This document shows, piece after piece, positions 45,972-54,972 of a DNA stretch of 64,000 bases (positions are counted from its first letter, which is position 1; each line of letters opens with the position of its first letter). The stretch comes from a virus. The stretch is taken from positions 94,514 to 158,513 of IMG/VR virus record IMGVR_UViG_3300031884_000939; one strand, given 5' to 3'. The position numbers and the translations under genes are program-made. Under the pieces are notes generated by a model. The model was not told where the DNA came from. It made no database searches and was given only the letters and a program-made list of their open reading frames with translations.

Positions 45972-45997
45972 TCTGTATCTCCTGTTAAATAATTATC

Positions 45998-46786
45998 ATG
46001 ATATTCAACTTTGATTTAATTTCCGACATCCACAGAGAAACTTGGGCAAACTTTGATTGGGAAGGTCAACCGACTGCGCCATATTGTATTGTAGCAGGTG
46101 ATATAGCAAGAGACCGAGCATTAGTAATAGATACCTTAGAACAACTTAGCGAAGTATATCAAGGAGTGTTTTACATTGACGGTAATGATGAACATAAAGA
46201 TTACGGCGAAGATTTAGGTCGTAGTTATGCTGAATTAAATGATTTAATAAAAGCAATGCCCAAGGTTGTGTATATGCAAGACAATGTTGTAATCATAAAT
46301 GGTATTGCTATTGTAGCAACAAATGGGTGGTGGACTTACGACTTTGATTGTAACTTAGAATTAGATCAATCAATACAGTGGGTACAACAGAAAGATAGTA
46401 TTACACAGGAAGCGGCGATAAACATCAATGGTGTAGGGTACAACGATGCGGGATACATGGCAAATGGTGTACAAAAATTACAAGCCCACAGGGATGTCAA
46501 AGCAATCATCATGGTAACGCATACCGTGCCCCGAGCAGAAATTATCGAACATGATTTAGAATTAATTGATACTTGGCGATTTAACTCTATGGGCAATAGT
46601 CATATGACTAATGCGTTACGAGAAGACTTAGAGCATAAAGTTAAACTTTGGTGTTTTGGTCATTATCATAGACCAGTTGATACTATAATCGATGGTATTA
46701 GATATGTTAGCAATCCTCGGGGAAGAGGCGATACTCAATATTCTCAAGTGGCCTACTATCCCAAAAGAATTAGCGTAAAAATTTAA
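45998..46786 (+). CDS. Calcineurin-like metallophosphoesterase
   Basis: SDIH, VAGD, GNDEH, TH, FGHYH, NPRG. Confidence 0.85.
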   Translation: MIFNFDLISDIHRETWANFDWEGQPTAPYCIVAGDIARDRALVIDTLEQLSEVYQGVFYIDGNDEHKDYGEDLGRSYAELNDLIKAMPKVVYMQDNVVIINGIAIVATNGWWTYDFDCNLELDQSIQWVQQKDSITQEAAININGVGYNDAGYMANGVQKLQAHRDVKAIIMVTHTVPRAEIIEHDLELIDTWRFNSMGNSHMTNALREDLEHKVKLWCFGHYHRPVDTIIDGIRYVSNPRGRGDTQYSQVAYYPKRISVKI

Positions 46787-47091
46787 ACAGTTTCTGGTTC
46801 TAGTTTAATCTGTAACGGCATATCTTGTGACCGAGCACAAACTGTAACTTCAATACCTTTTTGTTCAGCTACTTCGTATGGCAATACTGCTACTACTGCT
46901 GATCCAGCTTCGTGAATATCTTGAGTAATCTTTACCGCAGAGTCTGGTGTGTAATCAAAAAAGTTCATTAAAGATTCGATAACAAATTCCATAGTTGTGC
47001 CGGTATCATTTAAATAGATAACTTTAAACATAGGTGGTTCTTTAAGTTCATTATTAACTTGTATTTGTGTAACGATATCTGCTTGTGACAT
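46783..47091 (-). CDS. clpS: Clp protease adaptor ClpS
   Basis: PPMFKVIYLND..TTMEFVI..L..FF, IHEAG.AVV...YEVAE.K, PLQ..LEP. Confidence 0.92.
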   Translation of the reverse strand: MSQADIVTQIQVNNELKEPPMFKVIYLNDTGTTMEFVIESLMNFFDYTPDSAVKITQDIHEAGSAVVAVLPYEVAEQKGIEVTVCARSQDMPLQIKLEPETV

Positions 47092-47152
47092 ACTATTCCT
47101 TTGTTTTTAGTAGGGGGCATAATTGCCCCCGTACTGTATTTACTATATTATA

Positions 47153-47593
47153 TTACGATTCGTATGTAATAGCAATAGTTTTAGGCTGAAGTGCTTCAGG
47201 AATATGGCGCTCTAACTTAACCGTTAAGATACCATTCTTTACCGATGCTGTAATTACTTCTACATGATCGGCTAAACTGAATGTACGGATAAAGCGTCTG
47301 TCACTAATACCTTTGTGTGTATATTCTACACCTTCTGGTAATTCTTCTGGTAACTTTTCGCCAGTAATAACCAAATTACTATCACGAACTGCTACTTCGA
47401 TTTCACCTTGAGTAAATCCAGCTACAGCCACTTGAACTTCAAACGTGTTCTCGCCGGTTTTCAAAATGTTATATGGCGGATAGTTTTGTGTACTAGCCGT
47501 ATCAATTTGATTAATAATTCGATCAAATAGTTTATCGACTCCGATAGAGTTACGATAGAATGGGTTTAAATCTAATGCTGTGAGTTTAGTCAT
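47153..47593 (-). CDS. Small heat-shock protein (IbpA/Hsp20 family)
   Basis: NYPPYNI, AVAGF, HKGIS.R.F.RTFSLA, A..KNGIL.V.L. Confidence 0.93.
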   Translation of the reverse strand: MTKLTALDLNPFYRNSIGVDKLFDRIINQIDTASTQNYPPYNILKTGENTFEVQVAVAGFTQGEIEVAVRDSNLVITGEKLPEELPEGVEYTHKGISDRRFIRTFSLADHVEVITASVKNGILTVKLERHIPEALQPKTIAITYES

Positions 47594-47651
47594 TTTATTC
47601 TCCTTAATTAAGCAAGACTAATGTGTGGGCCCGACTATCGGCACCCACACT
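47594..47651 (-). promoter_or_regulatory. Structured 5'-UTR (hairpin plus ROSE-like anti-SD), copy 2
   Basis: GTGTGGG-TG-CCGA-TAG-TCGG-G-CCCACAC, then CTTGCTTAATTAAGGAG. Confidence 0.7.
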
Positions 47652-47658
47652 ATTTTTA

Positions 47659-49557
47659 CTACTTTTCAGTAAAGTCAGCGTCTACGACATTGTCGTCATC
47701 GGCTGGCTTAGCTGACTCTTGTGGCTCAGCAGCAGGTTGTGCTGCTTGTGCCTTTGCTTCTTGAATAGCCTGCGAGGCTGTTATTAAAGCGGTTACTGCC
47801 TTTTGGATTTCGTCCCTATCAGTACCTTTGACTGCTTCTTCTACAGCCTTGATAGCTGTGTTGATATCGTCAATTTGTGTACCGCTAAGGCTACTGCTAG
47901 TTTCATCTAGGTCCTTACGGATCTCGTGTACCATAGCATCAGCAGAGTTGCGAGCTTGGATGAGTTCAACTTGTTTCTTATCATCTTCCGCATTAGCTTC
48001 TGCTTCTTTAATCATCTTTTGAATTTCATCATCTGACAATCCTGAGTTTGCTTTAATAGTAATCTTGTTTTCTTTGCCTGTGGTTTTATCCTTGGCTTTA
48101 ACACTTAAGATACCATTTGCGTCAATATCAAGCTCAACGTCAATTTGTGGTTGACCTCGGCGTTGTGGCTGGATGCCTTCTAAACTAAACTCGCCTAAGA
48201 GTTTATTGTAAGAGCATAACTCGCGCTCGCCTTGATAAACTTTAATTGTAACTGCTGGTTGGTTATCTTCGGCAGTACTAAACACTTGATTAGCCTTAGT
48301 AGGAATCGTAGTGTTCTTTTTAATCAACTTAGTCATTACACCGCCCATAGTTTCAATGCCTAATGACAATGGGGTAACATCAAGTAACAATACGTCTGTA
48401 CGGTCGCCGCCTAATACAGCACCTTGAATAGCCGCACCAGCCGCTACTGCTTCGTCTGGATTAACATCTTTGCGTGGTGCTTTACCAAACAGCTTCTCAA
48501 CTGTTTCTTGTACTTTAGGCATACGAGTCATGCCACCAACAAGAATAACCTCGTCGATATCGCTGTTACTTACACCCGCATCAGACATGGCAGTCTTACA
48601 TGGGCCTACGGAACGTTGAATCAATTCATCAACTAAACTTTCAAATTTAGCACGAGAGATGGTAACATTCAAATGCTTAGGACCACTTGCGTCTGCTGTA
48701 ACATATGGTAAGTTAACAGTAGTAGACTGTGCTGAAGACAATTCAATCTTAGCTTTTTCTGCGGCATCTTTCAAACGCTGTAATGCTAACACATCACTTT
48801 TAAGGTCACATCCAGATTCTTTCTTAAACTCATCACAGAGGTAATCCATAATGCGTTGGTCAAAGTCTTCGCCGCCCAAGAATGTATCGCCGTTAGTTGA
48901 CAATACTTCAATCTGCTTGTCGCCATCCACATTGGCAATTTCGATAATGGACACATCAAATGTACCACCACCTAAGTCATACACGGCAATTTTACGATCC
49001 TTAGTACTTGCTTTATCAACGCCATATGCTAGTGCGGCCGCTGTTGGCTCGTTGATAATGCGTAGAACTTCTAAGCCCGCAATTTTACCTGCGTCTTTGG
49101 TAGCTTGTCTTTGGCTGTCATTGAAGTATGCTGGTACAGTGATAACGGCTTGTGTAACTGTCTCACCTAAATAGTCTTCGGCAGTTTTTTTCATCTTACG
49201 CAATACTTCAGCAGATACTTGTGGTGGTGCCAAATCTTGGCCATTTGCTTGAATCCAAGCATCACCATTATCAGCTTCGATAATTTTGTAAGGCATCAAG
49301 TTGATGTCTTTTTGTACAGCTTCTTCTTTAAATTTACGACCAATCAAACGCTTTGCAGCATAGATTGTGTTCGATGGGTTTGTAACTGATTGGCGTTTAG
49401 CTGTAGCACCAACTAATACTTCGTCGGCTGTATAGGCGACAATACTTGGTGTAGTTCTAGCACCTTCTGCGTTTTCAATTACTTTTGGAATGTTATTTTC
49501 GATTACGGAAACACAGGAATTTGTAGTTCCCAAATCTATGCCGATGATTTTGCTCAT
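47659..49557 (-). CDS. dnaK: Chaperone DnaK (Hsp70)
   Basis: [55 protein letters not shown]. Confidence 0.98.
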   Translation of the reverse strand: MSKIIGIDLGTTNSCVSVIENNIPKVIENAEGARTTPSIVAYTADEVLVGATAKRQSVTNPSNTIYAAKRLIGRKFKEEAVQKDINLMPYKIIEADNGDAWIQANGQDLAPPQVSAEVLRKMKKTAEDYLGETVTQAVITVPAYFNDSQRQATKDAGKIAGLEVLRIINEPTAAALAYGVDKASTKDRKIAVYDLGGGTFDVSIIEIANVDGDKQIEVLSTNGDTFLGGEDFDQRIMDYLCDEFKKESGCDLKSDVLALQRLKDAAEKAKIELSSAQSTTVNLPYVTADASGPKHLNVTISRAKFESLVDELIQRSVGPCKTAMSDAGVSNSDIDEVILVGGMTRMPKVQETVEKLFGKAPRKDVNPDEAVAAGAAIQGAVLGGDRTDVLLLDVTPLSLGIETMGGVMTKLIKKNTTIPTKANQVFSTAEDNQPAVTIKVYQGERELCSYNKLLGEFSLEGIQPQRRGQPQIDVELDIDANGILSVKAKDKTTGKENKITIKANSGLSDDEIQKMIKEAEANAEDDKKQVELIQARNSADAMVHEIRKDLDETSSSLSGTQIDDINTAIKAVEEAVKGTDRDEIQKAVTALITASQAIQEAKAQAAQPAAEPQESAKPADDDNVVDADFTEK

Positions 49558-49627
49558 GTTGTTTTCTCCTTTAATTAAGCAAGTAACTTCTTACGAACCC
49601 AAACTACGGCATTCGTAGAAGTATTTA
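49558..49627 (-). promoter_or_regulatory. TAAATA promoter plus structured 5'-UTR, copy 3
   Basis: TAAATA; CTTCT-ACGAA-TG-CC..GG-G-TTCGT-A-AGAAG; then CTTGCTTAATTAAAGGAG. Confidence 0.65.
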
Positions 49628-49669
49628 TGGTACTACAAAATCATTATATACAAATATTATTCGGTTAAG

Positions 49670-50032
49670 TTAAGCATTTCTGATAACCAGTTTAGCTTTA
49701 ATTTTAGTAGGGCTAAAATGTTTCTTTACTACCTTTTCTGCCGTTTTTGGATTAAACTTTTTACAGCTAAACACATCAATGTATGCCGTTCTATCTTGAT
49801 CCATAAAGTGTCCAGTAATGTTACTAGTTTGTATTAGCTGAACTAAACTGTATCCACTGTTTGGATGTCCATCGAGCAAATACTTAATTACTGGTTTGCC
49901 CACTGCTTCCATTTTAATTTGCTCTACCAAGTCTTTGATAAACTCTTTTAATTTAGCTTTACTATTGATATTGTCATTCATGCCTTGGCAATCCAGCATT
50001 AGGTGGTAACCCCATGGTTTGATTTTTTTCAT
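49670..50032 (-). CDS. speD: S-adenosylmethionine decarboxylase proenzyme
   Basis: WGYHLMLDC, GYSLVQLIQTSNITGHF, YIDVFSCKKF. Confidence 0.85.
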   Translation of the reverse strand: MKKIKPWGYHLMLDCQGMNDNINSKAKLKEFIKDLVEQIKMEAVGKPVIKYLLDGHPNSGYSLVQLIQTSNITGHFMDQDRTAYIDVFSCKKFNPKTAEKVVKKHFSPTKIKAKLVIRNA

Positions 50033-50254
50033 TTAAAATAATTTTTTAGGTAATTGTTGATCGCGGAGTTTTTTGCGCCATCTAGCTTTGGCAGCGCCTT
50101 TTTTACGCTTGCGTTCAGTAGTTGGTTTTTCGTAAGTTTCACGGGCACGAAGGTCATCAAGTAATCCAGATTCCTGGACTTTCTTTTTGAATTTTCTGAG
50201 GGCTTTTTCGACGTTGCCGTCTTTAACTAATACCCCTTTACCGTAATACGTCAT
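50033..50254 (-). CDS. rpsU: Ribosomal protein bS21
   Basis: V...[15 protein letters not shown]....[20 protein letters not shown]. Confidence 0.93.
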   Translation of the reverse strand: MTYYGKGVLVKDGNVEKALRKFKKKVQESGLLDDLRARETYEKPTTERKRKKGAAKARWRKKLRDQQLPKKLF

Positions 50255-51441
50255 TCATTCTCCTGAGCAAGTGTTCTAGGAGTATTTACTAGATTTGACG
50301 TAATTGAGACGGTTTTTATACTTTGCTTACGATAGCGTGGCAAATCGTACATATGGGGTAGCAATATGCGTTCTAATTCAGAATGTAGGCCACGAGCCCC
50401 AGTTTTTGTTTTTAAAGTGCGTTCAGCTATAAGATCCAATGATTCATCTTCAAAATATAGTTCTACGCCATCTTGATCAAATAGCCACTGATACTGCTCT
50501 ACAAAATTGTGTTTAATATCGACTAAAATACTAATTAGCTGTTCTTTGGTCAACCCGTGTAACGATACAGAACTGCTAAAGCGACCAATAAATTCTGGAA
50601 TCATGCCATACTTGACTAAATCGTCTGGAGTTACTATTTCGTTGTCTACGCTTAAATCTGTAGTAAGATTTGCCCCAAACCCCATAGCGGTTCCTTGGAT
50701 ACGATTTTTAACTATTTTTTCTAGTCCCACAAATGCGCCGCCAGCGATGAATAAAATATTAGTGGTGTCAACTTCTATAGTAGCTTCAGTTTTTCTGCCG
50801 CCAGTAGGGTTAATTTTAATTTTAGTACCTTCTACTAATTTAAGCAAGGCCTGCTGAACACCTTCGCCTGATACATCACGACTAACCGTAGCGGATTCGG
50901 ACTTGCGAGCAATTTTATCAATCTCGTCTAGGAAGATAATGCCACGCTGAGTGCGCTCAAGGTCATTATCAGCATTTTGATATAATCTTAAAATAACGCT
51001 ATCAACATCGTCGCCGACATATCCAGCTTCAGTTAATGTAGTAGCGTCGGCTATTACGAATGGGACATTTAAATATTCTGCTAAGGTTTTTGCTAATAAT
51101 GTTTTACCGGTGCCTGTCGGCCCAATCATTAATATATTAGATTTAGCAACTTCGTTGTCTGCGCTACTAATTCTTTTATAATGATTAGTAATTGCTACAG
51201 ATAACACAATCTTGGCTTCGGGTTGACCAACTACATACTGGTCGAGATATTCTTTAATCTCGCGAGGATTAGGAATTTCTATTGTTGAAGAAGATTTAGC
51301 AGAATGCTTTTTATCTTTTAATAGTTTATCGCAAAAGGTTACACATTCGCTACATATAGCAACTTCGTGTCCTACAATTAGTCTACCTACGGAACTTTTA
51401 TGTTTTCCGCAAAATGAACAGTGATCAATTTTTTCTGACAT
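50251..51441 (-). CDS. clpX: ATP-dependent Clp protease ATPase subunit
   Basis: CSFCG...CSEC zinc finger, [44 protein letters not shown] loop, GARGL. Confidence 0.96.
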   Translation of the reverse strand: MSEKIDHCSFCGKHKSSVGRLIVGHEVAICSECVTFCDKLLKDKKHSAKSSSTIEIPNPREIKEYLDQYVVGQPEAKIVLSVAITNHYKRISSADNEVAKSNILMIGPTGTGKTLLAKTLAEYLNVPFVIADATTLTEAGYVGDDVDSVILRLYQNADNDLERTQRGIIFLDEIDKIARKSESATVSRDVSGEGVQQALLKLVEGTKIKINPTGGRKTEATIEVDTTNILFIAGGAFVGLEKIVKNRIQGTAMGFGANLTTDLSVDNEIVTPDDLVKYGMIPEFIGRFSSSVSLHGLTKEQLISILVDIKHNFVEQYQWLFDQDGVELYFEDESLDLIAERTLKTKTGARGLHSELERILLPHMYDLPRYRKQSIKTVSITSNLVNTPRTLAQENE

Positions 51442-51442
51442 A

Positions 51443-52966
51443 TTATCCTAAATCGGTAGAGGTTTTAAGTTTTTCTGAAATGCGTTCGCGTTCAATATCA
51501 CTTAACAAATCAGGATCGTATTCTCCTGATCCAATTTTTTCAATAAGATGGTCGATATAAGCTGTATCGTAAATATAACTATCACTTAGATTTTTATTTA
51601 CTTTGATCCACTGAGTACCGTTATATTTAAATAACTGACTTGGAAGATTGTCTACTCTAAGAAACATATCTCCTTTTTTAGCTGTTTTAGGAAACTCTGT
51701 TCCGAATCCTTGTACTTCACCAGATGTTGGTTCGTTATCTGCTTCTAGGGATAATTTAAGATTAAGTAAATCTCTATTACTTAAATTTAGAGTCTCAACA
51801 TGGTCAGGATGTTCCCACGGTAGTTCAGAAATTTCTCCGCTAGCAACCTGGTTAATATATTCTTTATATGACTTATCAGGATTTTGAGATTTCCAAACTC
51901 GCATAGCGTGTTGCTGTATTTCATTACCATAAGGTTCTACATCATCTTCGATTATCACTGCTTCTTCTTTTTTCTCGATATCAGGAAACATCCATCCCAC
52001 TGGATGCGGGTCTTTGTGTAAAGGTATATTATCATTACTATTAGAATTAGTAACGCCCTTACTTAATATATCATCGGCTTCGTATTTTGATTCTAGCGGA
52101 ATCTCGACTTCATCAAACACTGGAATGTCGCCATCTGCTTCTTCGTCTTCTTCTTCTTCGTCTTCTTCTTCTTCGTCTTCTTCTTTGCGCTCTAAATTAA
52201 ACAAATCAATTCCGTGTTCCCATTCAAGCGATTTAGTAGCGGCTAGTAATAATGTTAATGCTAGTGGATCGAATACTGCTACAATAAGAATAATAACCCA
52301 GCGTACTGCGTGTTCTAATAAGTTAGCGTCTGGATTATCGCCATATACCATAGCGGCAATATATTTGATAGGACCAACTTCAGCATCTACTTTTCTTATC
52401 TCTGCTCTAATTGGGGCAGCCTGCTCATTAAGTTGGCTAATCTTTTTCTGGTCGGCTTCGATTTCAGCCGCGATACGCTTGCGTTCAGCCTGTTGACTTT
52501 TGCGAATCGCAATCGCCTTATCAGCACCTTGCTCACTCGTAGACCTGCCCAACACTTGGTCAACACCAGCATCGAGCTGAGCAAGCGCCTTGCGGTTACT
52601 TTCGATATTTTCTTTTGAGGTTTTAATCTTCTCATCATATATTGCTACCTTACTTTGCACATCGCCTGATACTAAACCCTGGTCTGAGTGGGCTTTACTT
52701 AAGAATCCAAATACGCCCATCGAAGTTAAGAACATAAGAACTACTACTGCTGAACATAGATAAACTTTATATTGTATTTCTGCTCGGTCCCAGTATTTGT
52801 GTAGCCATAGTGTAGTAACAATCTTGCCGACTTCTAGTGATCCGCCCATAATAACAATAGGCCAAAATGCGGCGGCGAAAATTGCTGTTAATCCCAGGAT
52901 GGAATAGATAGCGGCACTTAAACTAATAATAAGTGCAGTTGCGAGGGTTATATATCCAAATATCAT
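51443..52966 (-). CDS. Multi-TM coiled-coil membrane protein with acidic tract
   Basis: LEVGK, TSMGVFGFLSKAH, EVGPIKYIA, FDPLA motifs; poly-E/D; C-terminal GDMFLRVD..P..LFKYNG..W. Confidence 0.7.
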   Translation of the reverse strand: MIFGYITLATALIISLSAAIYSILGLTAIFAAAFWPIVIMGGSLEVGKIVTTLWLHKYWDRAEIQYKVYLCSAVVVLMFLTSMGVFGFLSKAHSDQGLVSGDVQSKVAIYDEKIKTSKENIESNRKALAQLDAGVDQVLGRSTSEQGADKAIAIRKSQQAERKRIAAEIEADQKKISQLNEQAAPIRAEIRKVDAEVGPIKYIAAMVYGDNPDANLLEHAVRWVIILIVAVFDPLALTLLLAATKSLEWEHGIDLFNLERKEEDEEEEDEEEEDEEADGDIPVFDEVEIPLESKYEADDILSKGVTNSNSNDNIPLHKDPHPVGWMFPDIEKKEEAVIIEDDVEPYGNEIQQHAMRVWKSQNPDKSYKEYINQVASGEISELPWEHPDHVETLNLSNRDLLNLKLSLEADNEPTSGEVQGFGTEFPKTAKKGDMFLRVDNLPSQLFKYNGTQWIKVNKNLSDSYIYDTAYIDHLIEKIGSGEYDPDLLSDIERERISEKLKTSTDLG

Positions 52967-52974
52967 TTAATTAT

Positions 52975-53376
52975 TTAGCGCCATATTCTATGTTTTTCTG
53001 CTACCCATTCCTGCCCGTCGTAGTCGGATATAACCCAATCAACACCAGCAGGAACTTCTACTACTTTAAGTTTAGCAAATACACCGTTGGCTTTGCTACC
53101 TAAACGGCGAACAACTGCTACCAAACAAGGGTCATCTCGATCAATATCATACGGATGGAACTCTGTATCGTTTACTATAATACGATTTCCTAATCGAGTT
53201 TGTGTATCTCTATCGCCCTGCGGTTCTTCGGTGTAATCAATACCAGCTAGTTCAAGGTACATTATTGTGGCTTCTTTACTGAGGCCAAATCCTCCAAAAG
53301 CCTTATTGATAACTATTTTTTGAACACCCCGTAATTGTTTGAGTAGTTCTTCGTGTTCTGGATTTATTTCTGCCAT
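52975..53376 (-). CDS. Conserved phage hypothetical protein
   Basis: KIVIN..FGGFGLS.EA...RDDP.LV.VV..LG.KANG.FA.LKVVE.P...W.I.DYDG.EW. Confidence 0.75.
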   Translation of the reverse strand: MAEINPEHEELLKQLRGVQKIVINKAFGGFGLSKEATIMYLELAGIDYTEEPQGDRDTQTRLGNRIIVNDTEFHPYDIDRDDPCLVAVVRRLGSKANGVFAKLKVVEVPAGVDWVISDYDGQEWVAEKHRIWR

Positions 53377-53585
53377 TTACTAACAGTAAGATTATAGTCT
53401 CGTTCAGCGTGTACTAATCGATTTTCTAAATTTGCTAATCTACGCTCAACACGAATTTGCCTAGCAATTAATAATGCCACTGCTATAACCACACCAGTGA
53501 ACATCAATCCCCAGCCAGCAACTAACCCATAGGTCCAAAACCATAAATCATTAATGCCGCTAGTTAGTAGAGTTATTGGATTCAT
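53364..53585 (-). CDS. Small membrane protein
   Basis: TM helix plus coiled coil. Confidence 0.55.
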   Translation of the reverse strand: MNPITLLTSGINDLWFWTYGLVAGWGLMFTGVVIAVALLIARQIRVERRLANLENRLVHAERDYNLTVSKWQK

Positions 53586-53817
53586 TTAATTGCTTTCTTA
53601 GCTCTTTATTTTCTTCAACAAGTGTTTTTGTCAATTTTTTATAATACGCAATATCTTCTTGTAATGTCTTGTTCTGTGATTCGAGATGTTCACCGGTGTT
53701 AGCTTGCTCTTTGGGTGTGGTTACTCTGCCGCACAGGTAGCCAGCTAATATAGCAATGACCCAAAGAATATCAGTCATTCTGGTTTTCCGCCTGTACACG
53801 ATCCGCCAGAGAACCAA
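53560..53817 (-). CDS. Small TM plus coiled-coil protein
   Basis: Coupled ORF. Confidence 0.5.
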   Translation of the reverse strand: MVLWRIVYRRKTRMTDILWVIAILAGYLCGRVTTPKEQANTGEHLESQNKTLQEDIAYYKKLTKTLVEENKELRKQLNESNNSTN

Positions 53818-53969
53818 AGTTCTTCAGCTTGTTCACGATACTGTGCCAAGTCGTATTCATCCTTCTTAGCTTTGTATTCTGATTCAGTAAGAGCGTGCCA
53901 GCCGCAACATTTACCTGTAGGGCTACGACCGCATCCACATTGTCCAATTGTTCCTGGCTTAGGTTGCAT
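53775..53969 (-). CDS. CDGSH-like Cys/His metal-binding small protein
   Basis: CGCGRSPTGKCCGWH. Confidence 0.6.
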   Translation of the reverse strand: MQPKPGTIGQCGCGRSPTGKCCGWHALTESEYKAKKDEYDLAQYREQAEELWFSGGSCTGGKPE

Positions 53970-54178
53970 TATTCTTCCTTTGGTAGCTCTGTCGTTTCTT
54001 TAACAAGAGCCAAAAGTTCGTCAACAGTCTTAACCATAATTTTAGCAGTCTTGTATTCCTCATCAGAATCGCGACCACCAACTTCAATCATAAAACCGTT
54101 ATCGTACATATTAATTGTAAAATTTTCATTTACTATAGTAAGTTTATCGCCAACTTTTTGTATTTGTTTTTTTGCCAC
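53969..54178 (-). CDS. Conserved phage hypothetical protein
   Basis: FTINMYDNGFMIEVGGRD motif. Confidence 0.6.
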   Translation of the reverse strand: MAKKQIQKVGDKLTIVNENFTINMYDNGFMIEVGGRDSDEEYKTAKIMVKTVDELLALVKETTELPKEE

Positions 54179-54332
54179 TTTAATCCCCTTTGAATTTTGT
54201 TACAAACCAGCATACTATATAAATTATCGAAAGTGCGCCAGCCATAACAAGCAGAGCTTCGATTAACCAATTTTCAAGTACCATCTACTTCTCCCTAACG
54301 AATATAAATTATATACTCAAATAGCTCTAAGG

Positions 54333-54608
54333 TCAATCTAAAAGTTTGCCACTTACCTTGATTAATGCGCCTCGATATGTCCAATCTCCACCAACTTCAT
54401 CGTTTGGCCTGCCTTCTATTTTTTTAAAGGATGTATGTGGACGATTTTTGGCATCGATTACAAATTCTTTAAATTCTGTAGGAGTAAGTATAAATTCCTC
54501 AACTGGACCTAACTCTGCGTTTTTTAAACATTCGATTTCGAGTAGTTCAAAAATATTAAATTTTCTTCGTTTTACTTTCATTGATAATCCCTTGTCATTT
54601 GTGCCCAC
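54333..54608 (-). CDS. Hypothetical protein
   Basis: Coupled ORF. Confidence 0.5.
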   Translation of the reverse strand: MGTNDKGLSMKVKRRKFNIFELLEIECLKNAELGPVEEFILTPTEFKEFVIDAKNRPHTSFKKIEGRPNDEVGGDWTYRGALIKVSGKLLD

Positions 54609-54793
54609 ATCATCCAGGCTTTAAATCCTTCGTAGACTTTCGATGCTTCGTCAGCATCTTGCTCTACCTTAACACCACGAACCCAAAAACCACTAGGTCC
54701 TACTTTAAGCATTTCTTCGCCGGCCACCATACAAGTAATTGAGGCTGGGACATCATTGCGAAACATATACTCTTGTTGTATTTCTTCAGCCAT
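54578..54793 (-). CDS. Hypothetical protein
   Basis: EMLKVG..GFWVRGV motif. Confidence 0.55.
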   Translation of the reverse strand: MAEEIQQEYMFRNDVPASITCMVAGEEMLKVGPSGFWVRGVKVEQDADEASKVYEGFKAWMMWAQMTRDYQ

Positions 54794-54960
54794 TAATAAT
54801 TTTCCTTTACAACATAGTACTGTGGCTTCGGATATTTTTCCAGTAGTTCTTCTGCTTTAATATACTTGTTCATATCTGGTGCCGTGAAGAACATTTTGTC
54901 TAGCACTTTTTTATGCGTTGCTGTTTCTACTACTGTCAAATACCACGATTTCACTGCCAT
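54793..54960 (-). CDS. 55-aa hypothetical protein
   Basis: AAGGA RBS; TAATG coupling to the next gene. Confidence 0.55.
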   Translation of the reverse strand: MAVKSWYLTVVETATHKKVLDKMFFTAPDMNKYIKAEELLEKYPKPQYYVVKENY

Positions 54961-54972
54961 ATTATTTTCCTT

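Noticed and set aside
46783-51441. Bacterial chromosome fragment or contamination
   Set aside because: Gene order is non-bacterial, the genes carry phage-type TAAATA boxes and shared UTRs, and composition is continuous with phage genes.
52137-52185. TCT/TCG trinucleotide repeat
   Set aside because: Encodes the poly-Glu/Asp tract of the 51443-52966 protein.
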